Below are positions 62,144-64,000 of a stretch of 64,000 bases of DNA, piece after piece. Numbering within the stretch: position 1 is the stretch's first letter; every line of letters begins with the position of its first letter. The translations under genes and the position numbers were made by a program. The notes below the pieces were generated by a model. That model saw only the letters and a program-made list of their open reading frames with translations, was not told the DNA's origin and did no database searches. The stretch lies in the NCBI GenBank assembly GCA_010909165.1, contig VJWM01000103.1, positions 62,001 through 126,000 of the forward strand, written 5' to 3'. This DNA comes from Anthoceros angustus (taxonomy: Eukaryota > Plantae > Anthocerotophyta).

Positions 62144-64000
62144 TCATGTATAGAGATAGAGTATTCTCTCGAGAGTAGGTACTACGGGATGCCAAAAAGG
62201 ACACTAGAAGATACGAGGCACATGGTCTATGCACCAAGGCCCAGAATCCAGATGGAAGTTAAGTGGGGGGTCAGAGAAACCTAGACAAGGAGTACTACGA
62301 AACGATTTTTACGAGGCTCGTGAACTACGAAAGTGGAAGGAGAAACCTTCCACGATAATGAATCGATCAACCAAAGAAAAAGGTTTTCTTTGGGTGAGCC
62401 GTCTGACAATTTGCCTATTTCTTTTGAGTCGACATAGAGAACCGCAACAAGACGCTATGACTACTCGAAGGGAATTCCCTCCGGTTATGGACCGACTCCC
62501 TATGCAGTTTTCTAAAGAATGCGCTTACTAAGGTGATGCTAGGCGATGCTAGCTCTTTAAGAAAGTAGGCAAGGGACCCTCTAAGGCATAAGGAGAGGGC
62601 CAAGTCCCGAGGCTTGAGGCCAAGAGAGGGACCAAGGCCAAGGGAGAGGCCTAAGGTCGTTGGCTTGAGGCCAAGAGAGTGACCAAGGCCAAAGGAGAGG
62701 CGCAAGTCCCAAGGCGTGAGGCCGAGAGAAAGGACCCAAGATACAAGGAGAGGCACAAGTCCCATGGCGTGAGGCCAAGAGAAAGGACCCAAGGCATAAG
62801 GAGAGGCCCAAGTCCCAAGACTTGAGGCCGAGAAGAAAAAGAAAAAGCTCAAGTTCGAGGAGAAACAAGAGTAAAATACTCTTGGGCGCAGGATTTCAAG
62901 GGATAAGGGAGGAGAGGATAGCAATGGGTATGTTATCAATCCATTTATTTTCGCAATCTGTTCAAAAATCCCAAGTTAGCTAGCACCCCATCTAGGTACT
63001 GATCCGCCCCAATGGTGCTTAACCGTGGAGTTCCTAGAGCTATCCAACTCACTCATCTCAACCTCTTATCTTTCATAGGGCCTGAGGATTATTTGTATGC
63101 AATATAAACACGCATAGATACTTAGAGGTTTCACTAATCACAATCTAAGCAAGCGGAGTTTGTTAACCTTGATTGAGGTTGTGACTTAGCACTAACCATC
63201 TGGAGTGCATGCCTAGACACACTCAATCGAGAGAGCTACCAACCAGCCATCTCCCGAATCCAAGTCTCGACCAAGAGAGAAGTACGAACACCTCGATTTT
63301 GAAATGCTGGCGGCCTTGAGATGAACCCAATGACTTAATCAACAATCTTTTAAGGATCTATGGTGGCAACACACAAGACACGTCGGTCTTCGGGACAACT
63401 CATGTATAGAGATAGAGTATTCTCTCGAGAGTAGGTACTACGGGATGCCAAAAAGGACACTAGAAGATACGAGGCACATGGTCTATGCACCAAGGCCCAG
63501 AATCCAGATGGAAGTTAAGTGGGGGGTCAGAGAAACCTAGACAAGGAGTACTACGAAACGATTTTTTTGCAGTAGCTCAGCGGAACTCTGAAAAGTGGAA
63601 GGAGAAACCTTCCACGATAATGGATCAGTCAACCAAAGAAAAAAGGTTTTCTTTGGGTGAACGCTTGCCCGACCGACTTGCCTATTTCTTTTGAGTCGAC
63701 ATAGAGAACCGCAACAAGACGCTATGACTACTCGAAGGGAATTCCCTCCGGTTATGGACCGACTCCCTATGCAGTTTTCTAAAGAATGCGCTTACTAAGG
63801 TGATGCTAGGCGATGCTAGCTCTTTAAGAAAGTAGGCAAGGGACCCTCTAAGGCATAAGGAGAGGGCCAAGTCCTGAGGCTTGAGGCCAAGAGAGGGGAC
63901 CAAGGCCAAGGGAGAGGCCTAAGGTCGTTGGCTTGAGGCCAAGAGAGTGACCAAGGCCAAAGGAGAGGCGCAAGTCCCAAGGCGTGAGGCCGAGAGAAAG
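62144..64000. repeat. Long direct repeat (62144-~62740 recurs from 63400, offset 1256 bp) with internal ~40-bp purine-rich subrepeats; possibly LTR-derived
   Basis: tcatgtatagagatagagtattctctcgagagtagg at 62144 and 63400; tgaggcc(a/g)agaga repeated across 62600-62830. Confidence 0.85.

Overview
Compact, gene-dense nuclear DNA from a non-seed land plant, with mostly ~80-200 bp introns, GC-rich exons and AT-rich repeat islands. A hornwort is my best inference, from a mitochondrial cob insertion that needs heavy RNA editing and has a group II intron start at cob nt 787. Left to right: AHL AT-hook gene; decayed partial duplicate of the ORP gene 3' end; PH-domain oxysterol-binding protein (ORP); mitochondrial DTC carrier; URT1 uridylyltransferase; TE-remnant island; HINT2 pseudogene; mitochondrial glycine-rich RRM protein; CERK1-like LysM receptor kinase; intronless ADELF/MAKR-like protein; DEG5; microsomal GST (MAPEG); a repeat-rich RING-H2 gene; transposon and Copia remnants; intronless strumpellin (WASHC5); ARG1-type DnaJ; tandem-repeat island; HUA2/HULK; and the cob NUMT followed by repeats. 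The strongest unexplained signals are: (1) a ~220-nt intergenic element at 33702-33923 with a permuted (pseudoknotted) helix arrangement, a T5 tract and abutting telomere-type repeats; (2) a cob NUMT that matches one mitochondrial exon exactly, followed by the group II intron 5' end amplified into eight ~60-nt GT..AG units; (3) a URT1 gene whose conserved N-terminal motifs have no in-frame AUG, so it may start at CUG. Exon boundaries and homologies were read by eye and from memory of the families; no searches were run.
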